From positions 27,218,001 to 27,282,000 of the forward strand of contig CM022673.1 in assembly GCA_012295275.1 (NCBI GenBank): 64,000 bases of DNA, written 5' to 3'. The position numbers and the translations under genes are program-made. The number at the start of each line of letters is the position of its first letter. Within the stretch, counting starts at the first letter, position 1. Below are positions 26,992 through 41,100 of the stretch, piece after piece. The notes under the pieces were generated by a model. That model was given only the letters and a program-made list of their open reading frames with translations. It made no database searches and had not been told where the DNA came from. Source of the stretch: Chrysomallon squamiferum. Lineage: Eukaryota; Animalia; Mollusca.

Positions 26992-28232
26992 TCAGCCCAT
27001 GAAACCGCCGCCCATGCTTTGGTTTGGGAACATTCCTCCAAAAGGACTTGGGCCACCACGACCCCTTGCACTGAATCTTCCCTGCCTGTTTGGTTGGCCA
27101 AACATTCCTCCGCCCATCAGTGGTGATCCTGGAAATCGTTGACCACCAAAGCCTCCCATCTGACGACGTTGGCCGCCCTGACCTCTCTGTAAAAATGGGT
27201 TATTCATTGGCTGGGCCATTTGTTGTTGCCATGGATTCCTTGATTGCCAGGGGTTACCACCTTGTTGCCATGGATTACCTGCTTGCTGCCACTGATTCCC
27301 TGTCCGTCCTTGAGTGCGTCCTTGTTGCCATGGGTTTCTCGGTTGTTGCCACGGGCTGAAACTTTGTTGCTGTCGTCCTGATAATCCTCCCAGTCCAAAA
27401 CCACGTGACTGTCCCATGAGGCCTGGAATTTGTCCCCAGGGCATCCCCATGCCTTGGGTACTTGCTCCCCATGGAGATCTACCTCTTGAAGGCTGGCCGA
27501 ACTGTCCACCCAAAAAGAATTCTGTGCTGCTCCTGTCATGGTTGGTCCGGCTGGCCATCCTTGCGATTGTCCTGATGTTTGTCTTGTTGGTTGTCCTGGT
27601 ATTTGTCTTGATGTTTGACCAGGTATTTGTCCTGGAAATTGCCCTTGAAGCTGTCCTGGCATTTGCCCTGGAAGTCCTTGCATTTGTCCTGGAAGCCCTT
27701 GCATTTGTCCTGGAAATCCTGGCATTTGCCCTGGTATTAGTCCTGGAAGTCCTGGCATTCGTCTTTGCAGTTGTCCCGGAAGTCCTGGCATTTGTCCTGG
27801 CAGTTGTCCTGGAAGTTGTCCTGGCAGTTGTCCTGGGAATTGTCCTGGAAACTGTCCTGGAAACTGTCCTGGAAACTGTCCCGGCGTCCGGCCTGGTAGT
27901 GCTGGCAACTGTGGTAGTCGTCGCTGTGTTGGAAACGAAAAACCTCCTAAGTTACCATTTGAAGATCCTGAATTGACATTTGCACCAGAAGTGGAGGTGG
28001 AACTGGAACTGGAGGAAGTGGACGTTCGACGTGTATTGGTATTTGAACCACTTTGACCAAATAGATTGTTATTATTTTGAGTACTCGGAAGGCCAGGTAA
28101 TGCTGGCACATTTTGCGCGCCTGTGTTTCGAGTACCACCACCTAGAAATGAGTTTGTTTGTCCTCCAGTGGGGCCCCACTGAGCTTGGCTCAACGTCAGC
28201 AAAAGTGCTAGTGTTGTCAGAGATACTAGCAT
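26992..28232 (-). CDS. Secreted Gly/Gln/Pro-rich low-complexity repeat protein (about 413 aa), apparent 1-nt frameshift at 27512-27516
   Basis: The ATG at 28232 directly follows an acceptor-like ttattgcag. Signal peptide MLVSLTTLALLLTLSQA/QW, then (F/L/M)PGQ tandem repeats. The ORF 27204-28385 frame switches to the 26992-27558 frame at a T5 run; adding one T gives QNSFLGGQFG, echoing TNSFLGGG near the N-terminus. It continues with NPWQQ repeats and a G/M/F-rich tail to the TGA at 26992. Confidence 0.8.
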
Positions 28233-28280
28233 CTGCAATAAGAAAAGATAACCAGTTATTAGTATATACACTGTCTGAAT

Positions 28281-28385
<105 letters not shown>

Positions 28386-28787
28386 GAATTAATGAAAGAA
28401 CAATTCAATTGTATTACAATCGTATATTCCATGAAAATAAACAAGACTTAATTGCATATATTTTGAGTATTCATCGATTTTGTGAACATCCAAATTTCTT
28501 TTTCTTTTTTCTTAATTATTTGTTATAACATTCAGTATTCTTATATCAAGAAAAAAAAGTAATGATAATTATTTGCCTTAAGTCTTTATGTAATTTTCTT
28601 TCTACTCTTAGTGTAAGTTATAGTTAAAATTGTTAAAACTGTGATTTACATAACTAACAAAATATAAAGTACTATTAATTACATAAACGTATTCTTGTTA
28701 TATTTAGTGGAATAAGATTATCCGAATCTTAAATTTTTGAAAAATGGTCCACTGAGCTGACGAAAATAATAATAATTATTTTTAACT

Positions 28788-29120
28788 ATGTTAAATATTA
28801 TTACACATCAAATTCGAAAACCAAATGTCTGGGTAAGAAAGAAAACAAAGATAATAGATGTGAATGAACAGGTTAGAAGTCGGAAGTGGACATAGGCAAA
28901 ACACATCAGTAGTATACAAGAAAATCGTATAACCACTGGAAACAATAGGAGGAGAAAAGCAGGACGATGGAGAGATGAAGTGGTTGACTACTGGCATGGA
29001 ACCACCAGGCAGAGAACAGTGCAAGGAAGGAAGATTTAGAAACAACACGCTGAGACCTTGTCCCGACAATGGTACATTCTATCAGCAGATGATAATGGTG
29101 ACGATGATGAGGATGAAGAA
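28788..29120 (+). mobile_element. Degenerate 3' end of an RTE-clade non-LTR retrotransposon
   Basis: Translates as MLNI...KPNVWVRKKTKIIDVNEQVRSRKWT*AKHISSIQENR...RRRKAGRWRDEVVDYWHGTTRQRTVQGRKI*KQHAE. This is the post-RT C-terminal region of RTE elements (W.GHI.R, RGRP.RW.D), with two TGG>TAG stops and a (GAT)n tail. Confidence 0.8.
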
Positions 29121-29245
29121 TAAATAAACGCATAATAACATTTACAAACACATATATATAAATTATACAGGCTGAACCACAAAAAACAGGTTTGTTAGTA
29201 ATATCGAATTCAAAATGATGTTATGTTAATTAAATATAAATTTTC

Positions 29246-29298
<53 letters not shown>

Positions 29299-29862
29299 TA
29301 TTAATAATAATACAACAATAAATCCACAAATGAAAAATAATAATAATCAAAAAGCATTTTTAAAATGATATGTGTAATAATAAAAAGTACAGAGCAAATT
29401 TGCATAACGCACCTTTCCAGTTAGGTGTTACAAGTCCAATATCCTTTGAAAAAACGTTTGATTGCAATATGCAAACTTAATACACGAAACGTCACTTCCT
29501 GATCGTGTCAGATTTCTCAAAATTTTGATAGATTGGATGACTTAGCGCATAATGGCCGAACCTCGCGGCGTTTATGACTGATTCTCCACTTCATATTAAT
29601 TATAAAGTAAATAGGTTATATTCAAATGCAGTAGCCATATATATGATCGCTCAGCTATGTGATGACTGGTTTGCATTATAGTAACCGTCAATACGTATGA
29701 CAGGTATTTCTCGTTCCAGCCATTTCCCCAATATTGGTTTATCAAATTTTGTAGTGCTTTACAGGCTTTTGGAACGTGTATCTCAAAGATCTCTGGCTGA
29801 CAACAGAGTAGTCCATTGTGTGGCGCAGTTAATTTTCTCTCAGTATCTAGGTATCACACGTT

Positions 29863-29950
<88 letters not shown>

Positions 29951-30377
29951 TCTGGGGCATAAATGACAATATACATTGCTTCAAGGCAAAAACTGGGCTA
30001 AGATTGAAACGTGTGAAAAGGATGCTATAAGTCTTAAATCATCAGATGTTCGATAAACCTGTTTGATGACTGATATCCTTCAAGTCAAAACCTAACCGTA
30101 GATATAAACGAATTCATTAAGTAGGTATCGTTTCTATCGTAATAGAGATTTATATTTTATTTTATATTTTATATTTTTAAAATAAAATCTTAGTATAATT
30201 TTATATTACTTTTTTTTAAATTAGAATAACGGTTTTTTTTGGGTTTTTTTGGTATGAGGCATTTGCCTTATTTGCCTCAATGTGGTTACGGCCATGTATA
30301 TATAAGGACCCGTCTTTTTAAGTGATTAACTGGATGTTTAATTATAGCATCAACGACAGAGATGTAGACTGACATTT

Positions 30378-30517
30378 ACGCATGCGCAACACCTTAACGA
30401 GTACCGATTTCTCATGCCTCAACATATAATACTACACCGGTTTTAGAAGGCCGAACCGATAAAAATAATAAGAGAGAAAAAAAAAAAAAAAAAGAGCGAG
30501 AGAAAGAAAAATGGCGG
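30378..30517 (+). promoter_or_regulatory. CPSF6 housekeeping-type promoter with NRF1-like and YY1-like motifs
   Basis: ACGCATGCGCA at 30378-30388 (NRF1-like), AAAATGGCGG overlapping the ATG (YY1-like), and local CpG enrichment. Confidence 0.45.
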
Positions 30518-31967
30518 ATGGCGTGGACATTGATTTATACGCAAACATCGAAGATGATTTTAACCAGGTTAAATGAATTTAAAACTGTAATATATCTCTT
30601 TACAGAGTTATTTGCAAATTATTTATAATTGTATAATGTGCTATAACTGCTTCAGTGAAGGGCATGTTTATTTGGATAATGTGTAATAATGTTGCTGCTT
30701 GCAAAAGCCGAAAAGGCCGAAAAACGCGTTCGAATTTCTGAAAATTGAAATGAATGTTTTGTACTGTACTCTGTACACAGTTTTTGCATAATAGCCGAAC
30801 ACACTAGAGCCAAGATGCCAGAAATTTTATTTTTATTGTTTATTATTTGACTCAGAGAGTGGGATCTTATATTTTTTAGCTGAATCGGCAGAGCAAGACA
30901 CCGAGATAATGTATCATATGTAGCCTGCATATTCATATTGATATTATGTAGGTTACGATCATAGCTTTTAATAGTTTGTCCCTTTTATGATTACTTTATT
31001 AATGTAAGTGTAAAGGCAATCATTTTAAGTACCAAATCTTTTTATATACAGAATATTATGATAATGCTGTTTCTGTTAAATTAGGAATATTCATTATTAT
31101 TGGCGTATTATTTGTGTTATTGTTAATACTAATAACAGTGTTGTCAGATTATTGTGACTAGGCATTATTTAACTAATATTGTCAAAACTTCAGCAGCAGA
31201 GTGAATCATAAAATATTTATTTAACCAAGCTTCAATCCATTTTTCTATGAACAATTATATACAGTTTTAAGATGTGCAACTGTTGACTTATCAGATATCT
31301 TGGAGACTGAAAACATAATTGCTGCATGCAGTGATGATCCATCATCAACATAAATAAAGTGACAAGTTAAAGATATTTTGAGAAGACAACTTTTGCATAC
31401 TGCATACTGCGTATTTGAATTCACAAAAAAAAAAATTAAAATTGCTGATACTTAAGGATTGATACATGATTTCAGAAAGTGAATTATTTTTAAGATAAAG
31501 CATGAAATTAATTTTTTTTTTTTAACCTGAAAAAAAAGATAAGATACCTATTAATCTTGCCACAGGTTCTCTCACAATAGGTGACATACCGTAAATTCAG
31601 TTTTTGCATGAGAGAAATGCTGTTTAAAATATTTATTATTAAGTATTTTAAAATAATAACAGAAGATGATTTTGTCTTATTTGATAAATGAAGTAGTCGT
31701 TGATACTGCAAAACAAGTTTATATGCTGATTAGAAAAATGAAGGTTCATTTTAAGAAGAAATTATTTTAGTGAAATAGAAGATATTGGTTTCTATTTGTA
31801 CACAAATTATCGTACCGTCTGCTACAATAGAAAACCTGTTAAATTCATTAAAATGACCATGGTGTTTATATTTCCTTTAGGACACAGAATTTGGTAGCCA
31901 TGGAGATGATTTGTACGATGATGTTATTACAGCAAGTGCCAGTGGAGATGGACTGGAGGTAATTATA

Positions 31968-32006
<39 letters not shown>

Positions 32007-35000
32007 TTTTATTATTTATTATTAAGTTTTGAATTTGTTTATTTGATGTTTGAATATGATTAACTAAAGGTTAAATTTTTTGGTAGCCTAAAAAGTGTGT
32101 TAATTTAAAAAATAAAAATATATATATATTGTCTCTTGTTTGCAGGAAAATAATTAATATATCTAAAATATATTGGTTTCCATTTTAAACAAAATTTCAC
32201 AGCATGGGCAGAGTAGGATATATTCCAGTGTTTAAAAATATTTGTTTACATTGATTTCAGCATTTTCCAAATAAAATGATAAATGTTCTAATGTTTGTTT
32301 CAGTCAAATAATCACTCACAGAAAACTCCATCAGCATCAATATCTGTGAGCAGTATACCACCCAACTACACTGGGAAGAAATATAACTTGTATGTTGGTA
32401 ATCTGACTTGGGTAAGCATTTTATTAATTTAGAAAAACATTTATTATACTATTTCTTGACATTCTAAAATTATTATTAATATTATATTAAAAATCCTGCC
32501 ACAAACTAAGTTTAGATCTATTTGTTTTGATGAAAATTCAGTTTATAGATAAAAAAATATGAAAGATTAATGGACACTGCTAGTTATTTTTAACTTTGAG
32601 TCATTAAATTGTTCTTCTTGCTGAATATGTTTCTTTTCATATATTTTTGTCTGATTTAAATATTCATGTAAAAATTAATGCTGATGTATATGTGCAGTTA
32701 TTTTAAAAAATACTCAGCAAAAGGGTATGTATTTTGAAGTACTTGCGTAAATGTTCATTTTAAATAGGAAAATTTAGAAAAGAATGAGTTGATAATTTAA
32801 TTTTCTGTGAACAAATATTTGTATTAGAACTATATACAGATAGGTGTATGGTTGGTTAACATGTAATACTGTAAAATCTAAAAAAAAAAAATGAAGAAAA
32901 GTAATATTTGTTGTGGCATGCAGCATTTCCATCAGAATAGAATTTTTAAAACTACATAAATAAATGTCTTTAATCATAAAATAAAATGAAAAATGAAATG
33001 AAACAAAAAAACTTCGAAAACTTATTTTAAAAACAAAACAGAACCAGATAAACCTGAACAATAGTAATAATAATAATTATTATGGTAATATATAATCCAA
33101 AATTCCAGTGCAGGCATGGACATTATAAATAAGATTGTTGCCTGAACAGAAAAAAATCCTTACAAGTATGTCATTTGTTGTCTAATAATAATATACTGAG
33201 TGACAAGAGTGTTTTATTTTGCAGTGGACAACAGACCAGGATCTGACTGATGCATTAACAGCAGTTGGAGTTCATGATTTGTTAGAAATAAAATTCTTTG
33301 AAAATAGAGCAAATGGCCAGTCCAAAGGGTAAATATTCCTTAGATAGTTGCAATCTTTATTTATGTTAACACAAAATAATATTTTTAAACAATATATATA
33401 TATATGTATAATTTTTTTTCTCAACCACTGAATTGAAAATAGTATCATTTATACTTTTGTTTTAATCTGTATTGGTAGGATCAGGGACTAACAGTAACAT
33501 ATAGTAACATTTTAAAACCATTCTGTATTCTTTTATTTAAGTTTCTTTGTTGTCTGTTAAAGGATATTTTTATTTTATTTTTTTTTTTGCTCTGAACTGA
33601 AAGTTATTTGATTTGTAATTTTTTTTTAATGTGTTTCAGATTTGCACTAGTAATCGTAGGGTCTGAGAATTCTTCCCGAGCTATATTTGACAAGTTATCT
33701 CGCAAGGAAATCCACGGTCAGGTGCCACAGGTGACCCCATACAGTCGTCATGCTCTTAACCAGCTAGAGGCAGCTTCCAGAAAGGGTGGTGAAGGGCCAC
33801 CCCAGACAAACAACAGTGAGTACTGATACTGACAAAGTAACCACAAATAGTAAATCATTGATAATAGCTTTTAAAAAGCTCAGCTGTACAAAGATTACAA
33901 AGATTTTAATTAGACGCAAATATCTTTTCAAACTCCTCTAGATCACCATCTGGAAAATAAATATTTAAAATTTAGAAAAATATCAACCAAAGACAAATAG
34001 AAGCATAATTGTAATTAATTTTTTTTATATATATAAAGAAAACATATGATTTTTAACATGCAAACAGTGCTTAAACAATATATTAAAATTAGAAAAATAT
34101 TGGACACTGAATCAAAATATTAAAATAAACTTAATTTATTAGGATATGAACTTTTTTTCAAAAAAAATAAACTAAAACCAGTGGCATAAACCTCAATAAT
34201 CTTTTTTTCTTCATCTTTAGATCGAAGTTTCCAGAATCGACAGGAGCATTTTGGAGACAAGAGCCCTCGTGGATCACGTCCTCCAACTCCTAACAATCCA
34301 GGAAAACAGCACTTTCAGCCCAGGGGGGTCCCCAGAGGACCTCCTGTATCAAGTCAGGGTCCTCCACAACAGGGTCCTCCTACTGGACCTCCACCTGGTT
34401 ATGGTGAGTAGATCTGATTTTTTTTTTTTTGACCCCTCTTCATTCCTCTTTATTTTTTTCTATTTTTTTATTTTATTTTATTTTATTTTTTCTAATTTTT
34501 AAATCAATAAAAAGATGATTTGAGAAATCTTCATTTAGTTAGTGATCAAATATTTTTCATGTTGAGCATTGTTTGTTTTTTAGCAAGTATTTTGTGCATG
34601 TATGAAGGAGGGTGGTTTTTTTTTGTTGTTGTTTTTTTCAAATTCTTTTTCATTTTTAATATATTCTTCAATGAAAAACTATGTTTTATTTTAATCAGTA
34701 GTTCTCCAAAAAAAAAAAGAAAAATTTGTTTCAGAATGTTCTTACTGACCCTTATTCATTTATTAATTGATCATCTGCTTTACAACTTACGTTTAACTTT
34801 TACATTGATATACAGTAAATGTTTGTGTATTTAATTACTTTTGTGTTGGCTTATTTTAGCACCTGTGAGACCAGGTGGTGGACCTCCTCCTGGTATCCCA
34901 CCCCCAGGCAGTATGCCTCCTGGAGTTCCTCAGATGCGTGGCCCACCACCAGGAATGGTAAGTAAAAATTGATATTATTTGTTAAAATTACAACACTGTG

Positions 35001-38000
35001 TATGTTGTTATGTGTTTGAGACTTTTCTTAATAGTCTTATTTAAAACAATAAAATGTGTCACTGCTTTTGTAGATTGGATTATTGTTTGTGTCTAACTTC
35101 TGTTAGCAAATACAAGAGAATTTTAACTTTAAGATTAAACAAAATAATATTTCTAATATCAGTGAGTCACATTAATTATTTCAGCACATGGAACATGGTA
35201 TTTTATAATTAATTTTACATTTTTGATTTTACCTCCGTTTTCTGATAATTTAAAACTTTATCACTTTTCTCATGCAAAAAAAGTGGACCATTTTCACTTG
35301 TTGAAATTCAAGCTAGCAAAGTTTAATTACTTAATTTCATTTGTTTATTGAAATAATTTTTTTTAAACTTTCATGTGCCATGTATTTGTACTTTAGAACT
35401 ACTTAATTACATTTGTTTATTGAAACTGTTTTTCTTAACCTTCATTGTCATGTATTTGTACTGTTGAATACTTAATTACATTTGTTTATTGAATTAAGTT
35501 GTTTTTTTTAACCTTCATTGTCATGTATTTGTACTTTTGAACTTCTTAATTACATTTGTTCCTTGAAATAAGTTTTTTTTTTACCTTCATTGTCATGTAT
35601 TTGTACTGTTGAACTGGTATTTCATAATTGTCATCATACTATCCTTTAGCCTCGCCTAGGACCAGGTCCCCCTCCTCCAATACGTGGACCCCCAGGTATG
35701 CATGACCCTCGAAGACCCCCACCTGTCAGACCTGAGTGGAATCCAAGAGTACAAGGTAGGTTTTTATCTTTCAAACTATAATTTTAAATATTTATTATAA
35801 ATAACATTTCAGACCCTTTTATCGTCTTGTATTTATATTTTATATTTTTTTTTTTTTTACATCATTTACCTCAAATATGTTTTCTTTATATACACCATAA
35901 TACCTTCAGTATTTTTTTTTTATCACATATTTCTGTTGAATTATACACCATTTTCTTTCAGTAAACATGTACACATTGTATATAAGGCAGTGCATTTTGA
36001 AGCCTCTTATTCCAGTTTTTTTTTTTTTTTTTTTTTTTGTGATGTAACTAATGAAAAACAAATTTGCATTTGCATTCTTTTATGTTTGCAAATATAATTT
36101 GAAATGATAGATTTCAAGAAACAGGATCACTTTATTGGGTTTTTTTTTAAAAAACAATTCTTTAGTTTTCTTTTAAAAATAAGTTATTAATTTTTTTTTT
36201 TTTAACCTTTGTCGTCATGTATTTGTATAGTTGAACTGGTATTTCATAATTGTCATCATACTATCCTTTAGCCTCACCTAGGACCAGGTTCCCCTCCTCC
36301 AATATGATTTCCTTTTCAGTTTATAAATTTGTATCTTGTTTCCCCAGCTTTTGTTTTTGTTTAAAATGTTGAAATCAGAATTCATCAGTGAAAAAAAAAT
36401 GAAAAGATGAAATTTTATTAATAAAAGTTTTTAAGTTTAATTTTAACTAATAATAAAAACATCCTTTGACAGAAGTAACAAATGTTTCAAAGAATATTAT
36501 TTGCAGATGGCCATTAAAAATGTCTATGATTCTTAAAAATTAAAGCAATAATTTATAAAAACCAGTAATCAGAATCTGAAGTAGGCAAAATGTTTTTGCA
36601 ACTGTATTTAACTGTTTCATATTTGTATGTGAAAACATGAATATGTATCTGTTGATTTAGATGACAAGGTTAGATGAAACATGACATTGAAAAACTAAAT
36701 CAAGCTGTTTTTGTTTCTATCATTTTAAAATATTATGTCAATTATGCTTAAAATGATTATAAATCAGACAGGTACTATCATAAGTAACAGTTATGAATAA
36801 ACATTTTTTTTAAAGCTTACAGATAATGTTGCATGGTGATGAAGTAGTCCATCTGAACCACAGAAAATGCAACATATAATGAACGTTTGATGGTGTAAAA
36901 CAGACATTTTACATTTTATGTTTTTAGACTGTGTGAGCAATGGGAAATTTTAAGATTCCTATGATCTTGCTCAGAATCTTTTGGCATTTAGTTTCACAAA
37001 GATACTGACAGGATTTTTTTAATTATTTATTTATAGATTTTTTTCAAATCAGAATGTTTACTTTAACTGAGATTAAAGTATTAGAATATGTTAAATAACT
37101 ATTAAAATATTTGTACTGTTAAAACTATTCAGTATTTGAAGGCTTTAAAAAAATAAATAATAAGCAACATTAACAAATATAAATCAACATTAAATATGTT
37201 TGGTTTAATATCGTATTAGTACTTTATTTGGTATTTGTATTTATTAAAAATTTTCCAAACATAATCAATGATGTGTTGTTTTTTTATTATTATTTTCTTA
37301 TTTTATTTTATTTCTTTTTTAACAAATGGAAACAACAGCATCGCCTGGAATTGGTGAAAGACCATTTGGTACTTTTATTTTTTAATATATGTTGTATGTA
37401 ATTAGAACATAATATTTTTACAGTAATACTTGCTTTATGTAATTTGCATTATCAGAATGTAATGCTTATGTTTTTTTAATCTAGTTATATATATTTTTTT
37501 GATTTTTAAATTTAATTTTTGGTGTTGTGAGTATTGCAAATAAAATATAAGCTTAATCTGAAATTACTTTTACTGCTCTGAGGTGTATTACTTTGCAAAA
37601 CTTATTATTAATGCAAAGTATAAGTTGCTTTTTTGTGTAAGCTTGTATTAATGTGTGTAGCTTCCTAGATGTAGTTTGAATTAGACCTAGAGGTGTTCTT
37701 CTTTTTTTCTTTTTTTTTCAGAATACTTGCATTATTTGAAAATTCATACATTACTTATAGGATTGTAGCCAGTATTAGCTTTAATTTATGAATTTAAAAA
37801 AAAAATAAAAAGGTGGTCTTTTATGCAATGTTACATTATTAGTTCATGAAAAATTAAAATACACAAAACAATCTTTAAGAATATGTAATTTTAAAATTAC
37901 GTTATTTCATCCCTTTACATTTCTCTTCTGGGTTCAAATTCAGCTTTTCTTTTATTTCTCTTATTTATGTTCATATCTTTTAAACTATCAGCTATTAATC

Positions 38001-38144
38001 TGAGCACTAATATCATTGTCATATAACATTGATATAACATTACTTTATTTTTTTTTTTTTTTTTTTTTACCTTATTTCGTTTTCCTTCTAGAACCAATAG
38101 ATGCTAATGGTCAACCTCTGCCCCCTGGGAGTAAGTCAGGCCCT

Positions 38145-38175
<31 letters not shown>

Positions 38176-41100
38176 GGCAGTGGTTGCTTGGGAATAATGA
38201 AAATAAATAATACGCATTTGGTTACAGGGTCCTCCAACTGGCATGTCAAATTGGATTGATAAACTTCCAAATATCAATATATTCTCGACTGAAAACAAAC
38301 CATTCTTTTCTGGTCTGAAGTAGAATAAATTGTATCTGATTCATTGTAATCTTCCTGTTACTAAATATGTATTGTGAATTAATTCATAATTTTTTTTTAT
38401 TCATAATAATTAATTGAGATGCTCAAATAATCAATCAGTACTAATTCTGGTTGCAATCTGTAGTTCTCATTCATTCATTTTTATTTTTTTTTTTTTTTAT
38501 TTATTATAAAGATGAACATAAATTATAGGTGATCTTTCATTTTATACTTTAGGTGGGTAATTATGTTTTTGCAAAATTGTTTTGAAATAGTGCTTTTTAA
38601 GTTAAGACCTATAATTAGTAATACACATTTCCCAGTCCTATACTGGGTCAAATTCTGTTTCTACAAAGACAGAAACAAATTGATAATCTTTTATTTCAAA
38701 TTGTTTAACATGAATATTAAAAAAAAAAAAAAAATCTAAAGCAACAAAACAAACAATAATTTAATAAAAAATAGAAAGGCATAATAGATAAAATTAGTAT
38801 GCTTACCTAATATATAAATTATTAGTTAAAATTAGAAAAAAGTAATAATAGATTTTTTTTTTAAAAGTAAAAAAGGAATGAAAGAAATTTAAACCTTTAC
38901 ACTCTTCCCAAGTATTTCTGACCCTCAAAAATATACATCTCCTTTGGTTTTAGTGGCCTTAATAGCTTGTTTTAGAGACTATACATATCTGGTACCAGGG
39001 CATTTCATTTCAATATCCACATGATGTTAATCTCTCATCTTTCATTGTTTTCAGTAGTCATTTTAAAAGAAATATAAATTTATTACCATTGTCCATTTGT
39101 ATTCTTTAATACGTATTCAGAGTTATTGTTGTTCTTTCTTTTCATTTTTTTTTTTTTTTTTTTTTTTTTTACATTATAATTTGTGATTTTTCTAAATTTA
39201 AAAAAAATATAATTTTTAAATAAATATACTAAACCTTTCCTTCTGTATTTTTTATCTGTTAGTTTTAATAGTTATCATTTTTTTAATTTGAATTTGATAG
39301 TCGTGTTTGTTATTTTCTTTTTCTTTAAAGAAGATCAAAATAAGTGTGTTACTGAAAATATGAACCAGTTTTTAAAAATTATATTTTCCTCCATATAAAA
39401 CTTAATTTTTAGAAGTCGGCCACATCTTGAGATATTTTGATATAAATTGAGTTATCACTTTTTTTTCTGACAATAATAACAATTAAAAAAATTAATAATA
39501 ATTTGTATTCTGATTTGACATGCTTCCCTTTACCTTGAATATTTCCTGGGTTTGAAGGTGAAGGTCAAAGTAATACTCAAATAGAATTTAATTTCTCTGC
39601 AAATCACAGAAGTATTCACAGTTGCAGTTACTATTTTTTATTATTATTATTACTGATGAGAGACACATACATTTTACATGAAAAATTCTAAAAATCGTAG
39701 CTCAGCTTTATTGTTTAAATTACGGGTCAATTTTATTATTTTGTTGACTTAATTTTATGTTATTTTTTTATAGTCATAAAGAATTCTATAATGCTTTAAT
39801 GAAAACACTAATAAAAATCAAATGAATATAAGCCTGAAAATTAAAACTGACCCCAGAAAAAGATTTTGCTTCTTTTTTCATTATTATAATTATTATTATT
39901 TATAAAAAAAAAAAAAAAATTAGTTGAGCAAATTTTAATACCCTTCTGGTGACTGATTTTTGGCATCATCTTTTTCATTTATTGAATCATTCCTGTAGTG
40001 AAAAGTTGTACTGATGTGTATGCACTTTAAACAGGGTCTCATTATGGTGTCAAAAATCAGCAACCTGTTCATTAATTGTTTATAAGCATTAAGGATATTG
40101 ATAATTTATTTGTGTTTAGGGCAGTGCATATCTGTTCCGATCAGAATTTTATGTTTTTACAGTATTGTTATTTTAATCTGCACATCCTGATTTTCATTTT
40201 AGCTGCATTCATTTGTGATTGTTTTATTTGGTATTTTCAAAAAAAGAAAATATTTGAAAATGAAATTGTTTGGGGATTAGAGGTATCTATGAAACATGAT
40301 GCTTTATACATCACTTTGCTGTTTTCAATGAACATTTCTTTTCAATTTAAGCTCCTTTCCACAATGCAGGACCTCCACCCCCACAACCTGTTCCACCCCC
40401 AGGACTCAGACCGCCCATGGCAGGTAACAGAGGTTGTTATTTTTGAAATATAAGTAGTTTCATTCATATTATTAAAATGTTGTTTCAGGTAATTTTTATA
40501 TATTAATGTTATTTATTTTTATTTTTTGTTTTTTACTGAAAATGGTTTTAATAGTCTGATTGATGATTCATAATAATGTGGATCTATAATGGAACTTTGA
40601 ATTCTGTAGAAGTATGTATTGTCTGGATATTGCAGAGAGTAAAATAATTTTTTTCACCTTTGTTTCTGACAAATAGTTTAAAAAAATGGAATGAATAAAT
40701 ATATGAACGAGTTAACTTTTTATTAGCATAACAGTGCTGATTTTTATTATTATTTTTTTTGTTTTCTAGGACCTCCACAAATGCCCCCAGTGTCAGGAGG
40801 CCCACCACCAGGACAGATGCCCCATCCAGGAGGCCCTCCAGCTCCAGCCCCCCATGTGAACCCAGCATTTTTCCCACCCCCTCATACCCGGGCACCTCCA
40901 CCAGGGCCAGTTGTGACTATCCAGGTATGTTCCTGTTTTTAATTTCTTCTTTTAATTTTGAAAAAATTAATTAATGGATTATAGTAAAATATTTCTTATG
41001 ACAAAGAGGATATTATTAATGTGACATTCAGTTCCAGTTTAGACATATTGTAATGGAGATTACCAGACATGAAGTAAATACAGGCTTTATCATTCTGAGA

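Noticed and set aside
35328-35614. Regularly spaced repeats as a possible CRISPR array
   Set aside because: Eukaryotic intron; the units are contiguous tandem copies without unique spacers, and there are no cas genes.
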